From: Hypanus sabinus
Lineage: Eukaryota
DNA length: 64,000 bases
NCBI RefSeq assembly: GCF_030144855.1
Contig: NC_082709.1
Coordinates: forward strand, 48,608,001-48,672,000
Reading direction: 5' to 3'
This document shows positions 22,305-35,099 of this stretch, piece after piece. The notes under the pieces are model-generated. The model did no database searches and was not told the DNA's origin. It was given only the letters and a program-made list of their open reading frames with translations. How positions within the stretch are numbered: position 1 is the first letter of the stretch; every line of letters begins with the position of its first letter. A program made the translations under genes and the position numbers.

Positions 22305-23900
22305 ATGATTACATCCTTCTTTACATCCTTTTGTACCCTTACAGCATCCTTTCTGTTCTTCTGTTGTGATTATCTATGTGAGTGGTCATTAGTTGCAAGA
22401 CACTAGATGTTACAATTTTATATATAGTTTATAAACAAGTGAGAGTACAATATTTTGATGGGTCATTTTTGCTTTCTCCTTTAGGGAAGAGACATGTTTT
22501 GCCTTCTGTCAAAAATTCTGACACTTTTTCAAGATTTTTAACAAAACTGTTGATTTGTGTTAATTGGTATTTGTGGTGAACTATGTGTGCCTGTCTGGAC
22601 ACGCCCCCTTCTGACTGCTCCTGTGGCTCCTCCCACAGGCCCCTGTATAAAGACGATCGAGGCCTAATGCTCGGCCTCAGTCTCCAGGATGCAGTATGAT
22701 GGTCATTCACTGCTGGTTCCTTCTTCCAGTCAATAAAAGCCGATATCTCGCCTTTATGTCTCAGAGTGAGTTATTGATGGTGCATCAATTTTATTGACTG
22801 GAAGTTTTAAAACATGGAAACCGTTTTACATCCGGAAGAGTTGGATTTGGACCCTCAAGACCCTGAAGCAGCTCTTGCTTTTGAACTCTGGCTTGCATGC
22901 TTCCAATCATACTTGGAGGAGGTTCGTGCGACTGACCCTGCCATTATGCACAGAATTCTCCTCTTGAGGGTCACCCCAAAAGTTATTCCATTATCCAGGA
23001 CCTGCCGACCTACGATAGGGCACTGGACGCCCTCAAAAGACAGTACCTGTGGCCGGTGAACACCGTCTATGCAAGACATCGTTTAGCTACCTGGCGACAG
23101 CGGCCTGGGGAATCGAGTGCCGAGTTTCTCCGAGCACTACAGACACTCTCCGGTAAATATGAACCCTGTACCTGAGGTGACACCGTGCTCACCAGGCCCT
23201 ACACAGACTCCTCACAACACTTATATACCAGGCGTTTCATACGCATATATACCAGGCGCCTCGCACATGCGTGAGGGATCACTGGCACCTAGTGGGCTGG
23301 AACCAGCACAACCTCCGTCTCCTGTGCAATCACCAATGTCACCGGCATCTGTGCAATCACAGCCGGTGCTACGTAGATTGCAGCGACAGATTCGACCACC
23401 TGATAGACTTGACCTGTAAGAAACTTCGCCACATGGGGACTCTTTTAAACAAAGGGGGGGTGAATGTGGTGAACTTCGTGTGCCTGTCTGGACACGCCCC
23501 CTTCTGACTGCTCCTGTGGCTCCTCCCACAGGCCCCTGTATAAAGACGATTGAGGCCTGATGTTCGGCCTCAGTCTCCAGGACATAGTATGATGGTCACT
23601 CACTCCTGGTTCCTTCTTCCAGTCAATAAAAGCCGATATCTCGCCTTTACGTTTCAGAGTGAGTTATTGATGGTGCATCAATATTATTGAAGGCTTGTAA
23701 ATCTTTATACCAATTATTATGAGTAATATCATAGTCACTACTTCAACAATTGCGAGTATTTTATAAAATATCTTTTAACATGGGCTTTGTAACTTCAGGT
23801 GTTTTCATATCTTCAATTGTGTGAGTGTGGCTTGGAGGCAACTTCCAGGTGGAGGTGTTTCCATGCTGTTGCTGCCCTTGTCCTTTTTGCTGGTGGGGTA
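22305..23900 (-). mobile_element. R4/Dong-like fragment hosting the LTR element
   Basis: EFLTEGKTCLFPKGESKNDPSKY RT N-terminal motif; continues across the insertion. Confidence 0.65.
22572..23680 (+). mobile_element. Internally deleted Gypsy-type LTR retrotransposon (two 216-bp LTRs, 677-bp interior)
   Basis: LTRs 22572-22787 and 23465-23680 with TG..CA ends, TATAAA and AATAAA, 12 mismatches; polypurine tract aaaggggggg before the 3' LTR; 5-bp TSD gtatt/atatt; frameshifted gag start joined to the pol tail (..LRRLQRQIRPPDRLDL*). Confidence 0.92.
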
Positions 23901-24779
23901 TTAGGGTCATGGAGATATACAGCACAGTAACAGAGCCTTCAGACCAACTCGGCCACGTTGACCAATTTTCTCACCTGTGCAGGTCCCACTTGCCTACATT
24001 GGTGCATATTTACAATCCATGTAAATATGCCAATCCAATGTCTCTTAAACATTGAGATTGTACCAACCTTTACAAATTCCTCTGGTATTCCCACCAAACT
24101 CTGTGTCAATAATGTGCTCCTCTGGTCCCCGCTTTCCCCTCTCATCCAGAATTTATGCCCTCTAATTTTAGTCTCCTCTGCTACTTGCAGGATACTGTGA
24201 CCCTCCACTTTATCCAAACCTTTATTATGTCATACATCAGTTCCCTTCATCTTGGGGAATTTTTATTTTTAAAGAAGTTACATCTGAAATTATTATTTCA
24301 GGTAGTTCTATCAGATGACACATACACTACAGTTATTTAGCTACAACCTTACTGGATCACTGATTTGTCAATTACAGTGAGAGGAAATTTCACAATACCT
24401 CAGCTTTAAATAAATTTCCCATTACCTTCTAGCTATCACAATTTGTCAAAGACCCTTGGTGGTGGAAAGATCTCAACATCAGCCCAGTCATGTGGTTTGT
24501 CTCAATGAGCCCATCCTTCATTCTACTCCAAAGAACACAGAAATGTGACTTAAATCTGGAAAGGCTCTTCTGTACTTACATTAGCATCCTTCAACAAGCC
24601 ATTAGGAAGATTCAAATTTAGCTCAGATTGTGTTTCCTATATTAAACTACTATACACTTTTGGTATGTCTTTCATAGTCTTGTAGTATTAAGTATTAAGA
24701 ATTTATTTCTTTACCACCAGAACCTGCTCCTATCCTCTTCTGGGCCATTTCCCCATATCCTGATTTCCCAAAACGGAAG

Positions 24780-24918
24780 ACAAATAGAAGATATTTTTGC
24801 ATCCTTGGCCAGTGGGAAGATGTTTTGAAAGGTTGACTTGTCACAAGTCTATCTGCAAATGGAGATTGAGGATTCAAGCAGGAAGTTCCTCACAATCAAC
24901 ACTCACAATGGTCTTTTA
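24780..24918 (+). mobile_element. Gypsy reverse transcriptase fragment
   Basis: IEDIFASLASGKMF*KVDLSQVYLQMEIEDSSRKFLTINTHNGL. Confidence 0.75.
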
Positions 24919-25470
24919 TTTTCAACGCACCTTGGAAGATTCTACAGCTTCAAATCATTCCGCATCAATTTCAGCTCAACTTCCATCCTTCACAAAGTGG
25001 TCCCAAACAGAATCAGAGGCCTGTTGAAACTATCCAGCAGATTTCTGTCCATGTTTTCTTGTTGTTTACACAGGTAACAACTTTGGTAAAATTCATCATG
25101 TTTTGTGAAAGTGCTGCATTCTGTGCTGTTTGACTCCATGTCTCTATTTATATTGTTTATACTTTTCTGAAGTCATTTCACTAAACCATCAGATAGATAT
25201 TTGTGTTCATTAAATTCGCCAGAAATAAATTCAGAAATGGAGCTCAAAGCCTCACACAGAACAGAATAACGCAAGAGGCAAAGAACTACTTTCAATTCAG
25301 TTTATATTTTTCAGCCTCCTATGAAGCATCATAATGTTATCCGTTAACTGGAACCTACTGTAATAAAATAATCTAATGTGGTCCTTAAATTATTATTACT
25401 GTTCTACTGTGAATTTCCAGTGGAATCAGGGTAAATGAATCAAATGACCTGATAGTCTCATCAAAGGTAT

Positions 25471-25476
25471 TTTATT
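25471..25476 (-). terminator. Poly(A) signal, copy 3
   Basis: AATAAA at the paralogous position. Confidence 0.85.
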
Positions 25477-25526
25477 ACCTCCATAAATATTTCAACAAGA
25501 TAAATCAGATTTTTCAATAACGACTT

Positions 25527-27139
25527 TTAGAAGTCCCTCATGCGCCTGAAGGACCCAACAGTTGAGCTGTAGCCGCCCCAGTCACTGTATCTCCTGTATT
25601 CCCCGGGTCTCAGGAAGTACTGTTGGCCTCTGTAGTTGGGATGTTCATAGAAGATCCAGTAACCATCCATCACCTGACAGGAGTGGATGTCACGGCAACG
25701 GAAATGATCGTAGACAGAGGGACTGTCGTCCATGAATTCCATCATTTGCCCTGCAAAGTCAGGCCTCTCGTAAATCCTCATCCTGTAGTTTCCACCTCGG
25801 TACTGGAGTAGGAGAAACACACTTTTAATAATGTTGTTTTGTAGAGCCTTCAATGATTGTATACTACACCTGAACACCAATTCATAAACTGGACATTGAC
25901 TTCAATGGAAAATGAAGTCAGATGCAAATTGATCATTTCACTATCTGCCCCAATAACTGGGTTTGCTGCTGGTTCTAACATACGTCAAAGGAAAGCAAAG
26001 GGGAAAATATGAGAAATTCTGCATATAAACAGTAGAGCACATGACACGTCCTTTGGCCCATAATATTGTGCCCAACCAATTAAATTTGGAAATTTAAATT
26101 TAGCTGGCTATTTAAATTTAACCTAAACAGATCCTTCCTACTTAAACACTGTCCATATCCTTCGACTTCCCTCAAATTCATGTGACTAAACATCTCTTAT
26201 AAGTTACTAATGTATCTGCATGCAACATCATCCCAGGCTGCACATTTCAGGCATTCTGTGTAAAAAATAGTTTGCTCCTCACATCTCCTTTGAACTTCTA
26301 CTATCTCACCCTAAATGCACGTCCTCTGGTATTAGATAATTTCACCATCTGTCTACTCTAACTATGACTTTCATAAACTTATAAACTCCTCTCAAACTCT
26401 GCCACTCCAGAGAAAACTGCAATACACCAGATGGTGAGAAAAGACATGAAGATTTTGGTCAAAGTCTCAGCAATCTCTCACAATAAGCTGGTATATATTA
26501 ATGCTCATTAAGAGATCCAATATTACCTCTTCCTTCACATTGAAATGCCCTAACATATTAATAAACCTGGGCATATTTAATATCCATTATGCATTTCTAC
26601 ACAAAATCTCCATCTTCAGAGATGAACTGCAAAGGATCAAATTCCCTAAAAAAATTTGAACTTACATACTACTTCCTCCTTCATCTCAAAATGCCCAAGC
26701 ATTTGAATAAACTCGTCCATTAGGCACTTGATAGGCCAATTCCCCATTTTCAGAGCCAAACAGAAAAAAGTCAAATGCCCTGAAAAAACATTGAAACTTA
26801 CATATGGGTAACTGCGACAGGACCTGATTGTGTCATTCAATCCCATCCAGCGTTGGTAGTCAGGATAATCTCCCCTGCTCAGGACATACTGGTATCCCAT
26901 GTAGTTGGGTCTCTCGTACAACACCCACCAGTCACTCTCAACACGGATGGAGTTACAGCGGCTGAAGTAAGGGGAGAGGTCGCCACAGTCGGAGCTGCAC
27001 TCATAGTGCCGACCCTGGAAGTTCCTGTCCTCGTAGAAGATGATCTGTGGGAAGAAACATATCTGTGTTAATAGTTGCTCAGGTGTTCATGGAGAATTCT
27101 CATTTAGTTCATTTACTGAGTAGTCCTTGCCTTTCCCAT
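25527..27139 (-). CDS. cryg: Gamma-crystallin copy 3 (175 aa, intact); exons 27139-27131, 27044-26802, 25802-25527
   Basis: Open frame across three exons; GC-AG 86-nt and GT-AG 999-nt introns; ends GSFRRMRDF*. Confidence 0.95.
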
Positions 27140-27196
27140 TTTGAACACAGTGAGTCTGGTAACCAACTGAGTGTTTCACTGCCGAACACAAGTTGG

Positions 27197-27204
27197 TATT
27201 TATA
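27197..27204 (-). promoter_or_regulatory. TATA box, copy 3
   Basis: TATAAATA at the paralogous position. Confidence 0.85.
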
Positions 27205-27245
27205 TGTAGGGTCGAAAGGCCTCACTAGGCAGTTTCCTGTTATTC

Positions 27246-27284
27246 TGCTGACACAACATTAAACATCAGCAAAATGCAGCAAAA
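27246..27284 (-). promoter_or_regulatory. Cluster of putative Maf half-sites in the proximal promoter (copy 3 shown)
   Basis: Minus strand reads TTTTGCTGCATTTTGCTGATGTTTAATGTTGTGTCAGCA. The TTTGCTGA half-site is kept in all seven promoters. Large Maf proteins are established crystallin activators; binding here is inferred. Confidence 0.6.
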
Positions 27285-27899
27285 TCCTTTTTTCCATTTA
27301 TTGTAGAAAAACAACAGAAAGACATTTGTTGCATTGTGGATTCTTTCTGTTGTGCTTTCTTATCATTTAAATTGTTGTTTAAACCAAACAGTTCAGGAAC
27401 ATTCACAGCTACATATCACCCAAGTCCTTTCAATTTTGTCAAAGTAGTATTTTGGTTCTCTTTCCCAAACTGCCTAAGTTAAAGCCATACTTTATTAAAC
27501 TGACGAACATCTTTTGAAAATCCATCTATATAGCTTCTGCTACACAGTACTGATCAGCCACTTCTATTTTTCCTTCAGCCAATTCAGCTAGATGTCTCAA
27601 GCATGATTTGTCATCAGTAATATCTGCTGCCTCTCCCATCATAACCCACTTGATCCTCCAAGTGAGAGTTAATGTTGCCTTTTGCAGTGGTTCCCTGCAG
27701 TTTTCTCACCTCCAACATTCATTATGTTTGCTCCACTTCTCTTGTTGAACAGTCCAAGCCTTCCACTCTCCTGTCATTGAAGAACTGTACACATACACTC
27801 AGCATTTCAATTACCTCCACATTCTGGATTTCCTCGCCATCCTTGTGATATCCCATTCCTTTCAATTCATTTTTCTGATGTCAAAAAGATCAATCAATC

Positions 27900-29360
27900 A
27901 ATAATTGCCTCTGATGAGCTGGTTGTTTATAAATGCAATCACATAGGAGTGTCACCACAAAATCATTCAGCGATTTCCCCAAATGGAAACACCTGATGAG
28001 TCACTAGGTCAGAAATCTGCTGAGGGCCAGATCAGAGACATTCATGTCTGGCAACCAAGAAAGTTAACAGAGTTCCAAGTACAATCTCCGGAAAGCCATC
28101 TCACGACTGAAGTGGCATTTCTGGGCTAAACTCAGACCAGTGAAGGGTGCTCAACAGCTGTGGCAGTGCTTGAATACTGTCACTTACTACAAAGTGAAAT
28201 CAAGCAGCAGGGCTTCACTTCCAGATTAGCCCAATGACGTATTCTCACTTTGACCATCAAAATAAGGAAGAGCCATCCCGAAGTCCCCCAATTCGTGATG
28301 ACCCTGTGTGTTTAGCCTTTGAAGCCAACATGAGAGGCTGAACCCATGGAAATTATCTGGCCCAGATGTGACACCTGGCCAAGTACTAAATACCTGAGCT
28401 GATCAACTGGCTGGGTGTTCCATGAGATATTCAACCTCTTGCTTCAGCAGTCTGAGGTATCTATGTGCTTCAAGCAGGCTTCAATTATACTAGTGTTTAA
28501 GAAGAACATGGTAACCTGCCTCAATGACCATCATAAAGTAGCACTAACATCCACAGTGATGAAGTGTTTTGAGTTGTTGATTATGAAGCATATCAACACC
28601 AGTCTGGGAAGCGACTTGGATCTGCTCCAATTGGTCTTTCAGAACAAAAGATCCATGATTGATTCTGATCCATTGGGTTTTCACTCAATTCTGGAACATC
28701 TGGACAGCAAAGATGCATTCATCAGGATGCTCCTTATTGACTACAGCTCAGCATTCAATACTATCATCCCCTCAAAACTAATCAATAAGCTCCTAGACCT
28801 TGGCCTCAATATCTCCTTGTGTAATTGCATACTTGGTTTCCTCATTTGCAGATCCCATTCATTTTGAATTGGCAACAAATTCTCTTCCGCAATCTCCGTC
28901 ATCAGAGGTGCACCACAAGGCTGTGTGTGCAGACCCGCTGCAATACTCGATTGCAAAGATTCAACTTAACATCTGAGACTCTGACAAATTCCTGTAGATT
29001 GAATGGAAACACCAATATCCTTGAGTGTGAGATCCGACAAAAAGTAGTGGATACAGGCCAGTCCATCATGGTACAGACCTCTTCACCGATGAGCACATCT
29101 ACACAGAGCTCTGTCGCAGGACAGTAGCATCATCATCAGAGACCACACCACCCAAGTCATGCTCTCTTCTCACTGCTGCTCTCACAAAGAAGGAACAGGA
29201 GCCTCAGAACTGACACCCCCAAGTTTAGGAACAGGTATTAATCCTCAAGCATCGGGCTCTGTAACCACCAAACTGTTCCCACAACCTATGGACTCACTTT
29301 CAAGGACTCTTCATCTCACCTTCTCGATATTTAATGATTATTTATTAAACATTACTTTGT
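27900..29360 (+). mobile_element. Rex1/Babar-like LINE remnant
   Basis: ORF 28415-28867: ..[35 protein letters not shown]. Confidence 0.85.
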
Positions 29361-31700
29361 TTTCTCAGCTCAAGCTGGTAAAACCTGAGGTACAGGAATC
29401 ACCAAGCACTATCATTTCTCAATTGCTGCGAACTTCCGGATTATTCTAGTGGTGTTTAGTATTAACATCATAGATATTGCCGTCTCGCTGAAATCGTTTA
29501 ATACAACTCCGTGGTGACCTTGCGATGATACCAATTGTAGATAATATCAGTGGGAAAATGTACAAACTGTTGATGATCCATAAGCATTCAATTTCCTCTT
29601 TTAATTCAGCAAGTTTCTGTTTTTTTTCACTTATTGATTTCTGTATGTTATGTGTATTTGTAATACCCATATCTGCTAAGTAAGCTCTTCTAGCTTGTTT
29701 ATCTTGCACTATTATATCTGGACTGTTATTATGGATTGTCCTTCTGGTAATAACAAATTGGTCAAAATATAATTTTTCAACCTCTGACTCCGAAACTGGA
29801 ATAGATTTGATTTATAGTAAGGTATGGTGTCTTTTATATTTTGGTGAATAATGTTTGCTACTTGATTTTGCTTGTGTAAGTTATCAGATTGAGTTAAATT
29901 GCTGCAGGATCCTGTAACATGTTCGATTGTTAGGTTTCTCTTGGCATTTTCTGCTTTTACTGTCTTGAATTTGTTGGTCTTTTATCATGTAGTTTTGTTA
30001 ATTTTTTTGAGTTAACTACCTGGTCCTGTATTGTCACAAGGAATCCTTCCAGTTCTGCAAAGAGGTCTCCAACACAGAGCCAGGCATTTGGTGCTTCCTT
30101 GTTGGCATCTGGTCTGCTCAGACCATGGGATGTCTTCCATGGAGCATCAGGCTCTTCCTTTGCATAACTTTCTCTTCTATAGTGATCATTTCTTAATTTA
30201 TCTGGGTTGTGCATTCATTTGAGTTTACCTGTGTGTTCTTCTTATCAGAATTACATATGCTCAAATGGAATGCTGAATCCTGTTCTCATTGATGAACTAT
30301 ATCCTAAGAAGTTTTATTCCATCTGTTGTGTAAATTTTTTACATCTGATATTCTTCTTCCTCCTTCAGTCCTAGGCAGTGTTAGTCTAAGTGCGCTCAAA
30401 TGCACATAGAGTTTTCTAAAATTTCTTAATCTTCTTTGTAAACTATCTAGATTTGATTTACACCAAGATATTATGCCAAACAATACATTAATATGGCTGC
30501 AGCGAAAGTGTTCATTGTCTTTGATATATTTTACTATTGACCTCTAAAGGATTTTCTTAAGTCTGAAGAAAATTTTATCAAATGTTTCATTTTATTTCAC
30601 TATGATCTGTTCTCTTTGCTTGTTGATAGTCCAAATACTTACATATTTCATATTTATCCATTGGTGGTATTGTATCCTGCAGCTCTTCTCTGTATTCTAT
30701 TAGCTCTATTGAATGTTTATGTTTAATGTGCTGCATTAATCTAGTCCAAAGCTCATGTTTCTATCTTTTGAAAATAGTTCTACTATTTGAATTAATTGTT
30801 TTAAATTTACTGATGAAGGAGTGTATAATTTCAAATTGTCCATGTATAGAAGCTGTATCAAGGTGCAATTCGTTTGGTTGTTTCTGATTCTATACCATAT
30901 TTTCACCCAATTCAGTAAATTAGAGCTGGACAAAAGTATAGTTGACTTACAGAGTGACCCTGGAAAATGCCTCACTTTATTTTGATAACAGTGGTTGTAT
31001 TTTTTTCAGCTACTAATAGATAAGGTGATTGTAGTACCCAAATACTTCATAAGATGCTGAAGGATTTTCACAAACATTGGTTGTAGTTTACATATATTAA
31101 GAATTTCTATTAACCATGAGAGTAGGACAGAATCAAAAGCTTTTTGGTAGTCCAGCTAACAACATAAAAGATTTCTGAATTTCCTCCAGGCTTGATTTAC
31201 AATTACGGAATCTATTACCAATTGTTCTTTACGTCCATTCGTACCCTGACAGCATCCTTTCTGCTCTTCTGTAAGGCTATAGTGGTTATCTAAGTTAGTG
31301 GCAATCAGTTGAGATGCTTATGAATTTGTAAACAGTTTGCAAACAAACAATAGGACAATATTTTGATGGGTGATTTATGATTTCCCCTTTATGTAAGAGG
31401 TAAGTTTTAACTTCAGATTTAAGTAAACCATTGATGTGTGTTAATAGGTATGGATGAAGGTAAGCAAATTTTTATACCAATAATTATGAATATTATCACT
31501 GGCAGTATTTTTCCAGTTGTAGGTATTTTTATAACTGCATTTAACATATCCATTTTAACTTCAGGTGTTTGCGTATCTTCAATCATCTGAGTTTGGCTTG
31601 GAGGCAACTTCCAGGTGGCGGAGTTTCCAGTTTCCATGCTGTTGCTGCCCTTGTCCTTTTCACTGGTGGTTTTTGAGAGTTTGGAAGGTTCTTTCCAAGG
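29361..31700 (-). mobile_element. R4/Dong-like LINE remnant
   Basis: NAWLCVGDLFAELEGFLVTIQDQV and LLYMDNLKLY..MSFGLD. Confidence 0.75.
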
Positions 31701-32589
31701 AGTATTAGGGTCATGGAGTTATACACCACAGTGACAGGCCCTTCAGCCCAACTCAGCCATGTTGACCAATTTGTTCACCTTTGCTAATCCTATTTGCCTG
31801 CATTGATGCAGATTTGCAATCCATGTACCTGTCTAAATGTCACTTAAACATTGAAATTGTCACAGTATTAACAAATTCCTCTGATAGATTGTTCCATATA
31901 TCCACAATGCTCTGTGTGAAAAATGAGCTCTTCAGGTCTTCTTTTCCCTCTCTCGTCCTAAACTACGCCCTCTAATATTATACTCCTCTACAACGTGCAA
32001 CCCTCCGCCTTATCCAGGCATCTCAAGATTTTACAGATCTGTGTCATACATCAGTTTCATTCACTCTGGGGAAATCTTTATGTTTACCGTGGTTACTTAC
32101 TTCACGTAAAACTCCCATGGTTTTTGTGTATTTCACGATTATCTGGAGAAGACAAACATCAGAGTTGGACTGCATACTTTAAAAACAAGATGAATCTTTG
32201 AAGCTTAGAAAACTGCTGTCTTCTGTGCTGTCTAACTCCATGTCTCAATTTATGTTGTTTATACTTTTGTGACGACATTTAACAAAACCATCAGAATCAT
32301 GGAAATCATAAAGATAGATAGCTGTACCCACTAAATTCACAGGAAGCAAATTTAGAAATGGAGTTAATGCCACACAATGGACATAATAAAACAAGAGGAG
32401 AAGAAAAACTTCTCTTTCCATTTATGTTTTTTAGCCTCCAATGAATCATCACAATGTTATCTGTTAACTGGAACCGACTCAGGCAAAATGATTTAATGTG
32501 GACCTCAGATTATAATTACTGTTTTACAGTGATTTCCAGTGGAATCAGGGTAAATGAATTAAATGAGCTGATCGTGTCATCAAAGGTAT

Positions 32590-32595
32590 TTTATT
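32590..32595 (-). terminator. Poly(A) signal, copy 4
   Basis: AATAAA at the paralogous position. Confidence 0.85.
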
Positions 32596-32645
32596 GCCTC
32601 CATAAGTATTTCAACAAGATAAAATCAGATTTTCAAGAGTGACTT

Positions 32646-34356
32646 TCAGAAGTCCCTCATGCGCCTGAAGGACCCAACCATTGAGTTGTAGCCGCCCCAG
32701 TCACTGTATTTCCTGTATTCCCCGGGTCTCAGGAAGTACTGTCGGCCTCTGTAGTTGGGTTGTTCATAGAAGATCCAGTAACCATCCATCACATGACAGG
32801 AGTGGATGTCACGGTAACGGAAACGATCGTAGACAGAGGGACAGTCCTCCATGAATTCCATCATCTGCCCCTCAAAGTCAGGCCTTTCATAAATCTTCAT
32901 TTTGTAGGTCCCCCCTCGGTACTGGAATAGATTTAAAAAAGCAGTTTTACTCATGATGTTTGACAGATCATTCACTCATTGTACACGACATCTGAACATC
33001 AATTCATAAACTGAACACTGACTTCAACGGGAGTTAAAGTCAGATGCAAATTGATCATTTCACTTACTACCTGTCTTAAAGATGCCTCCAACTGGCATTG
33101 CTGCTGGTTCTAACATAAGGTAAAGGAAAACTCAGGGAAAAATATGAGAAATTCTGCATTTAGAACATGAAGAGAGAACAGTAGACCATAGGAACAAGCC
33201 ATTTGGCCTACAAAGTTGTGCAAAACCAACTAAATTAGTAAATCTAAATTTAGATGGCTATTTAAGTTAAACAGCCAACTCAGTTAATCCCTTCTGCTTA
33301 AACAATGTCCATACCCTTTCACTTCCCTCACATTCATGTGTGTAACTAAACATCTCTCAAAACCCTCTAATGCGTTGGTCTCTGACGCCAGCCCGGGCAG
33401 TGCTTTCCAGGTACCCATCACTCTGTGTGAGAACTTGCTACTCACATCTCCTTTGAACTTACACCACTCACCTTATATGCATGCTCTCTGGTATGAGATA
33501 TTTTAACTCTGGGAAAAAGATCCTGTTTGTTTACTCTATCTATACCCCTCATAATCTTACAAAACTCTGTCAGGCCTCCCCTTAGCCTCCACCACTCCAT
33601 AGAAAGTAACTCAAGCTTGCCCAACCTCTTGTTATAGTACATGCCATCTAAACTGGGCAGCGTCCTGAAAAGCCTCCTCTGCACCCTCTCCAAACTCTTG
33701 ATATCATTCCTGTAACAGTGTGACCAAAACTGCATGCAATAATCCAGATGGTTAGAAAAGACGTAAAGATTTTGGTCAATATTCCAGTTATCCAATGTCT
33801 TGCCTCTCTCAATAACCTGAGGTACATTTCATGAGGCCCTGAAGACATATCCACCTGAATGGTCTTTAAGAGACTCAACACTGTCTCCTCATTTACATTG
33901 AAATACCAGACCCTATTAATGTACTTGGACATATTTGATACCCATTAGGTACTTGTTGGGCAAATGCTCCATTTTCAGGACCAAACAGCAAAATATCTGA
34001 ACAAAAATTGAAACTTACATATGGGTAACTGTGACAGGACTTGACACAGTCATTGAATCCCATCCAGCGCTGGTAGTCAGGATACTCTCCCCTTCTCAGG
34101 ACGTACTGGTATCCCATGTAGTTGGGTTTCTCGTACACCACCCACCAGTCACTCTCAACACGGATGGAGTTACAGCGGCTGAAGTAAGAGGAGAGGTCGG
34201 CACAGTCGGAGCTGCACTCATAGTGCCGACCCTGGAAGTTCCTGTCCTCGTAGAAGATGATCTGTGGGAAGAAGCATATCTGTGTTAATAGTTGCTCAGG
34301 TGTTCATGGAGAATTCTCATTTAGTTCATTTACTGAGTAGTCCTTGCCTTTCCCAT
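32646..34356 (-). CDS. cryg: Gamma-crystallin copy 4 (175 aa, intact, most divergent exon 3); exons 34356-34348, 34261-34019, 32921-32646
   Basis: Open frame; exon 3 [30 protein letters not shown]...; TGA stop; introns 86 nt (GC-AG) and 1097 nt. Confidence 0.95.
33160..33910 (-). mobile_element. CR1 remnant within intron 2 (copy 4 shown; present in intron 2 of all seven copies)
   Basis: [34 protein letters not shown] (ORF 33442-33795) fused to an upstream ORF2 piece ([15 protein letters not shown]). Confidence 0.85.
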
Positions 34357-34413
34357 TTTCAACACAGTGAGTCTGGTAGCCAGCTGAGTGTTTCACTGCT
34401 GAACACAAGCTGG

Positions 34414-34421
34414 TATTTATA
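34414..34421 (-). promoter_or_regulatory. TATA box, copy 4
   Basis: TATAAATA at the paralogous position. Confidence 0.85.
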
Positions 34422-35099
34422 TGCAGGTAGAAAGGCCTCACTAGACAGTTTCCTGTTGTTCTGATGACACAACATTAAACATCAGCAAAATGTGACAAAA
34501 TCCTTTATTCATTTGTTGTAGAAAAACAACAGAAAGACATTAGTTGCATCGTGGATTCTTTCAGTTGTGCTTTCTTATCATTTTAATTGTTTCAATCATA
34601 TAGTTCGGGAACAATCACAGCTACATTTCGCCGAGGTCCTTTCACCTAGGTCAAAGTAGAATGTTGAATCACTTTCACAAACTGCCTAAATTGAGGAGAT
34701 ATCTTATTAAACTGACAAACATGTTTGAAAACTCCATTTGTATAGTTTCTGCTACACAACACTGATCAGCCACCTCTGTTCTTTCATCAGTGAATTCAGC
34801 CAGATGAGTTAAACGTGTTTCACCTTCAATAATCTCTGCTGCCTGTCCCTTCATAACCCCCTTTATCCTTGTTTCACAGTGGTTCCTTGTAGTTTTCCCA
34901 CCTCTGACGTTCATTATGTTTGCTCCACTTCTCTTGTTGAACACGTTGAACAGTCCAAGCCTTCCACTCTCCTGTCACTGAAGAACTGTACACATACACT
35001 CAGCATTTCAACTACCTCCTCATTCTGGATTTCCTCACCATCCTTGTGATATCCCATTTTTGTTCACTTTTCTGATGTGAAAAAGGTCAATAAACCTAT

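Noticed and set aside
25527-25880. ORF-track starts and ends for the crystallin ORFs (e.g. 117, 109, 108 and 101 aa exon 3 ORFs; exon 2 read-through tails)
   Set aside because: These are single exons extended into intron sequence; the true limits are the splice sites.
26853-27071. Recurrent plus-strand ORFs such as [25 protein letters not shown] (also 34031, 61275) and [12 protein letters not shown] (25623, 60109)
   Set aside because: Antisense shadows of the conserved crystallin exons.
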